A stretch of DNA of 8,934 nucleotides from Candidatus Pacearchaeota archaeon (GTDB lineage: Archaea > Nanobdellota > Nanobdellia > Pacearchaeales > GW2011-AR1). Location: contig JBDGRI010000028.1 in NCBI GenBank assembly GCA_042218235.1, positions 1 through 8,934 of the forward strand. The letters run 5' to 3'. Below, piece after piece: positions 6,220-8,934 of the stretch; position 1 is the first letter of the stretch; each line of letters opens with the position of its first letter. Both the position numbers and the translations under genes were made by a program. Below the pieces are notes generated by a model, which had not been told where the DNA came from, did not search any database, and saw only the letters and a list, made by a program, of their open reading frames with translations.

Positions 6220-6761
6220 AACTCCTCTCCATAAAGTAAAAAATGTTTATTTAATACTTCTTTCACAAAATTATCGCCTTGTCTTTTTTGTTTATTCCAT
6301 TCCATATACGTCATATTGGTAACATTTATCTCACTTGAAAGTTTTTTCTGCATTTTATTTATGAATGAATCATCAAACTGTTTTTTTCTCGATAAAATCA
6401 GGATGTCTATATCGCTGTTTTCGGTATAATCTCCTTCAACATGGCTCCCATACAAAGCTATGGTTTTCACACTTTCATCAGAAGGCGCTTTAAATTTCTC
6501 CCTTATTTTAGATATTGCATAAATTCTCTTGAGTTCTTTTACGTAATTTTTCTCATTTTTCAAACTAAAGAAAATAGAATTACCCTTTTTCTCCTTATTA
6601 AGAATTCCTTCTTGTTCATACTTTTCGCAAAAATTTTTCGCAGTAGTAGGACTAATATCCAACTTCCTCCCAAGCTCTTTTATATGGATATCTTTAGAAG
6701 GATATTCAAAAAAATAGGCTAAAACCTTGAATGCCCTATATTTACCGAATATTTCTAACAT
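6216..6761 (-). CDS. Winged-helix DNA-binding domain fused to a minimal nucleotidyltransferase (MNT); putative antitoxin
   Basis: The nucleotidyltransferase motif is LYGSHVEGDYTENSDIDILIL (GS-x9-11-D.D). The N-terminal about 70 aa (IHIKELGRKLDISPTTAKNFCEKYEQEGIL...FFSL) look like a wHTH. The gene is paired with the downstream HEPN gene. Confidence 0.75.
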   Translation of the reverse strand: MLEIFGKYRAFKVLAYFFEYPSKDIHIKELGRKLDISPTTAKNFCEKYEQEGILNKEKKGNSIFFSLKNEKNYVKELKRIYAISKIREKFKAPSDESVKTIALYGSHVEGDYTENSDIDILILSRKKQFDDSFINKMQKKLSSEINVTNMTYMEWNKQKRQGDNFVKEVLNKHFLLYGEEL

Positions 6762-6779
6762 AACAGTATATTAAACGAC

Positions 6780-6810
6780 CGTCCAATATATAAAACTTTC
6801 GTCCAATCTA
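6780..6810 (-). promoter_or_regulatory. Putative promoter and operator of the MNT-HEPN cassette: two CGTCCAATnTA repeats flanking a TATA-like box
   Basis: The plus-strand CGTCCAAT occurs at 6780..6787 and 6800..6807, exactly 20 bp apart. On the minus strand these read ATTGGACG and bracket TTTTATATAT (6786..6795), centred about 29 nt upstream of ATG 6761. The element fills the 49-bp gap after the livG stop. Confidence 0.45.
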
Positions 6811-7539
6811 TCATTCTCCCAAATAAGCATCTAAGACTTTTTTGTTATTTTTTATTTGCTTTGGCGTGCCTTCTGCAATTACTTTTCCATGGTCCATTAC
6901 TATAATTTTGTCTGCTACATCAAAAGTAAAATTCATGTCATGTTCAACTAAAAAAACAGTTTTGCCTTGCTTTTTCATGTCCAACAAAATCTCTTTTATT
7001 TTATCTCTGACCTTTGGGTTAACTCCTGCAACAGGCTCGTCAAGCATAAGCATATCATGTTTTTTCAAAATACTTCTTCCTATTTCAACAAGCCTTTTCT
7101 GGCCAAAACTCAAATCTTCCGCCCTTTTATTCTCAAAACCATTCATTTCAACCATTTTCAAAATTTCTTTTATTCTCTCTTCACTTCTTTTAGGCTCTGA
7201 AAACAAGTTCTTCCAAAATTTAACATCTTCGTTATCTATTGCCAAAGAAAGGTTTTCTTTAACACTCATATTCTCAAATAAAGCGGATTTTTGAAAAAGT
7301 CTCGAAACACCTTTATTGGCAACCTTGTCAGGGCCGTCATGGGTTATGTCCTTTTTGCCCAACTTAACTTTACCTCCATCTTCTTCAACAATTCCCGAAA
7401 TTATATTAAAAACAGTTGTCTTCCCGCTCCCGTTAGGACCTATCAAAGCAGTAATTTTGCCTGGCTCAACATTAAAAGAACTTCCGTTAATAGCCTTAAC
7501 ACCTCCAAAATGTTTTTTCAAATTTTGAACTTTTAACAT
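6811..7539 (-). CDS. livG: ABC transporter ATP-binding protein, LivG-like
   Basis: Walker A is GPNGSGKTT, the signature is LSFGQKRLVEIGRSIL, and Walker B is MLMLDEPVAGVNP. The LivG hallmarks VEHDMNF and the C-terminal LDAYLGE are present. I prefer ATG 7537..7539 (MLKVQNLKKHFGG), because the ORF-track start at 7545 is a TTG. Confidence 0.85.
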   Translation of the reverse strand: MLKVQNLKKHFGGVKAINGSSFNVEPGKITALIGPNGSGKTTVFNIISGIVEEDGGKVKLGKKDITHDGPDKVANKGVSRLFQKSALFENMSVKENLSLAIDNEDVKFWKNLFSEPKRSEERIKEILKMVEMNGFENKRAEDLSFGQKRLVEIGRSILKKHDMLMLDEPVAGVNPKVRDKIKEILLDMKKQGKTVFLVEHDMNFTFDVADKIIVMDHGKVIAEGTPKQIKNNKKVLDAYLGE

Positions 7540-7560
7540 ATTCAAAACAATGGAGGAGAA

Positions 7561-7570
7561 TTAATAAAGT
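7561..7570 (-). promoter_or_regulatory. TATA-like box (ACTTTATTAA on the minus strand) about 26 nt upstream of livG ATG 7539
   Basis: The sequence was read directly. No SD-like element lies upstream of livG on the coding strand. Confidence 0.3.
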
Positions 7571-7625
7571 TTATTGGAAAACAGAGTTTTACACCTCATC
7601 TAGGCCATTGAGAAATTACTCCAAC

Positions 7626-8915
7626 TTAAACTTTAGAAAAAAGATAAAGATGGACGGGAATTATGTTTTCTCCGCGTTCATTTTTTGATAAGACAAAGTA
7701 TTTTTTGAAATGCCTTTTATTTTTGAAATCTTCTTTTTTTATCTTGTTTTGATATTTTACTTCTATGCCTTTGTTTCCAACAACAAAGTCCGTTTCTGTT
7801 TTTAATTGAGTAAAGCAGGTTTCTTCTAAAATCGAATTTTGTTTTATCTGTGAACCTACAAGGCTTTCAACAATTAAAGAATCGTTTACATCAATATTTA
7901 ACTTATGCATAAATATTTCAAGTATAAAAGGGTCATAAAAATAAATCTTTTTGTTCTTTCTGTAAATTATTTTGTCCTGGCCAACATCTTTAAAAAATAC
8001 AGGAAACAAAACTAACAAATTGGAAAGTAAATCTACATATGAATTAACAGTCAAGTGGCTCTTTATGGAGCTTTCTTTGGCCAAACCCTCCCAGCTTACA
8101 GGAGTTCCATATGAAGAAATAACTGCTTTCATTAATTCTCTCAATGTTTGCTCATTCTTTCCCTCTTTAAAGATATCTCCTATAATCCATGAATAATAAA
8201 GCTCATAGATATAGTTTGGAACTCTCCCGTACTTCTCATACTCGTTGATGACCAAAGGGATTCCTCCTGTCTTAAGAAATTTTTCAAACAGGCCTTTCAG
8301 TTTTCTCGAATGGAATTTTAATTTTTCAAGAGAGTCAGACTTATGTTTTTCGTAAAAATCAGGCTCAATTAATTCTACGTACTCTCTAAATTTCAATGGC
8401 ATATGGAAAATGTCTTCTCCTTTCTTCCCTCTCCTGCCCGGTAGCCTTTCGGTTCCTTTCTTCAAATCAATTATATTGGACCCGGTTAAAATAAAACATG
8501 CTCCTTTGAGAAAGCCGTTATCAACAACAAACTTAATCGCCTTTTGCCAATTATCCAAATATGTTATTTCATCTATGAAAACATATTTTGGAGAAACGCC
8601 GTTAACATTACAATATTCTGAATATTCTTTTAAGAGTTCAATTAAATCGTTCCTGCCGTTTAAATTGTCACAAGACCAATAAAAAATCCTTTTCGGGTTA
8701 ATTTCGTCCAGATTTTCCCTTACAATCATTTTTATTGCAGTTGTTTTTCCGACTTGTCTAGGGCCTCTTATAGTATAAATGCTGTCTGCATAAAACTTTT
8801 TGTCAAGGAATTTTGGTCTATGGACATATTCTAAGCTGTTAAGGTCTTTTATGTGTTTATCTTCATCAATTAAACTCTTGTTTTCCCACCAGGGGTTCAA
8901 TTCTATCAAATCCAT
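7626..8915 (-). CDS. AAA+ ATPase of the AAA_14/DUF4143 family with a PD-(D/E)xK-like C-terminal motif
   Basis: The N-terminal LNPWW box is present. Walker A is GPRQVGKTT (8739..8765) and Walker B is YVFIDEI. The DUF4143-like region runs SWEGLAKESSIKSHLTVNSYVDLLSNL...KIYFYDPF. The C-terminal motif is TETDFVVGNKGIEVKY (D at 7788..7790, EVK ending at 7755). I prefer ATG 8913..8915 (MDLIELNPWW), because the ORF-track start at 8927 is a TTG. Confidence 0.8.
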   Translation of the reverse strand: MDLIELNPWWENKSLIDEDKHIKDLNSLEYVHRPKFLDKKFYADSIYTIRGPRQVGKTTAIKMIVRENLDEINPKRIFYWSCDNLNGRNDLIELLKEYSEYCNVNGVSPKYVFIDEITYLDNWQKAIKFVVDNGFLKGACFILTGSNIIDLKKGTERLPGRRGKKGEDIFHMPLKFREYVELIEPDFYEKHKSDSLEKLKFHSRKLKGLFEKFLKTGGIPLVINEYEKYGRVPNYIYELYYSWIIGDIFKEGKNEQTLRELMKAVISSYGTPVSWEGLAKESSIKSHLTVNSYVDLLSNLLVLFPVFFKDVGQDKIIYRKNKKIYFYDPFILEIFMHKLNIDVNDSLIVESLVGSQIKQNSILEETCFTQLKTETDFVVGNKGIEVKYQNKIKKEDFKNKRHFKKYFVLSKNERGENIIPVHLYLFSKV

Positions 8916-8934
8916 TGTTATTACCAATAACAGG

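Noticed and set aside
7551-7568. A strong SD-like GGAGGAG on the plus strand (7552..7558) with an ATG at 7550..7552
   Set aside because: The ATG opens only a 4-codon ORF (MEEN*) and no plus-strand gene follows. On the relevant minus strand it reads CTCCTCC and is not an RBS for livG.
196-8682. Many ORF-track entries lie antisense to, or out of frame with, the called genes. On the plus strand they are 196..423, 275..496, 643..843, 1328..1570, 4021..4209, 5331..5774, 6131..6322, 6441..6722, 6842..7294, 6967..7200, 7291..7536, 7316..7528, 7972..8196 and 8410..8682. On the minus strand they are 1638..2114, 1936..2118, 2367..2561 and 4707..4889.
   Set aside because: All lie inside longer ORFs that carry clear family motifs. 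Their translations are low-complexity and F/L/S/I-rich, which is the typical shadow of K/E-rich genes in AT-rich DNA. None has a recognisable motif or its own start signals.
1-8934. A search for CRISPR repeats, tRNA/rRNA genes, transposase or integrase genes, and long terminal inverted repeats
   Set aside because: There are no regularly spaced repeats and no intergenic space larger than about 110 bp. No cloverleaf-like GC-rich segments and no recombinase-like ORFs were seen. The TA cassette shows no recognisable flanking target-site duplication.

Overview
This is an AT-rich, tightly packed prokaryotic fragment with 12 protein-coding genes and no rRNA, tRNA, CRISPR array or transposase that I can see. 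The gene content and signal architecture look archaeal, possibly a small-genome DPANN-like lineage, but that is inference only. Reading left to right, the genes are as follows. (1) A minus-strand hypothetical frame is open from 855 to the window edge except for one in-frame TAA. (2) A VapB(AbrB/SpoVT)-VapC(PIN) toxin-antitoxin pair lies on the minus strand. (3) An RsmF/NOL1/NOP2/Sun-type RNA m5C methyltransferase core is followed, with a 4-nt ATGA overlap and in the -1 frame, by a separate ORF that looks like the RsmF C-terminal PUA-like RNA-binding domain. (4) A Liv-type (Peripla_BP_6) ABC substrate-binding protein is present. (5) A TrmB-family regulator is divergently transcribed from it. 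(6) The LivF-like and LivG-like ABC ATPases are separated from each other by a wHTH-MNT/HEPN toxin-antitoxin cassette. (7) An AAA_14/DUF4143 ATPase ends the window. No Liv permease genes are present. The points most worth a second look are listed here. The methyltransferase is split, with a CAAAAAG tract exactly where a -1 shift would fuse the two parts. The MNT-HEPN cassette, with its own repeat-flanked TATA-like promoter, is wedged between livG and livF. The PIN toxin has Gly in place of its first catalytic Asp. The left-edge frame is interrupted by a single stop. All family assignments come from motif recognition by eye, not from searches.
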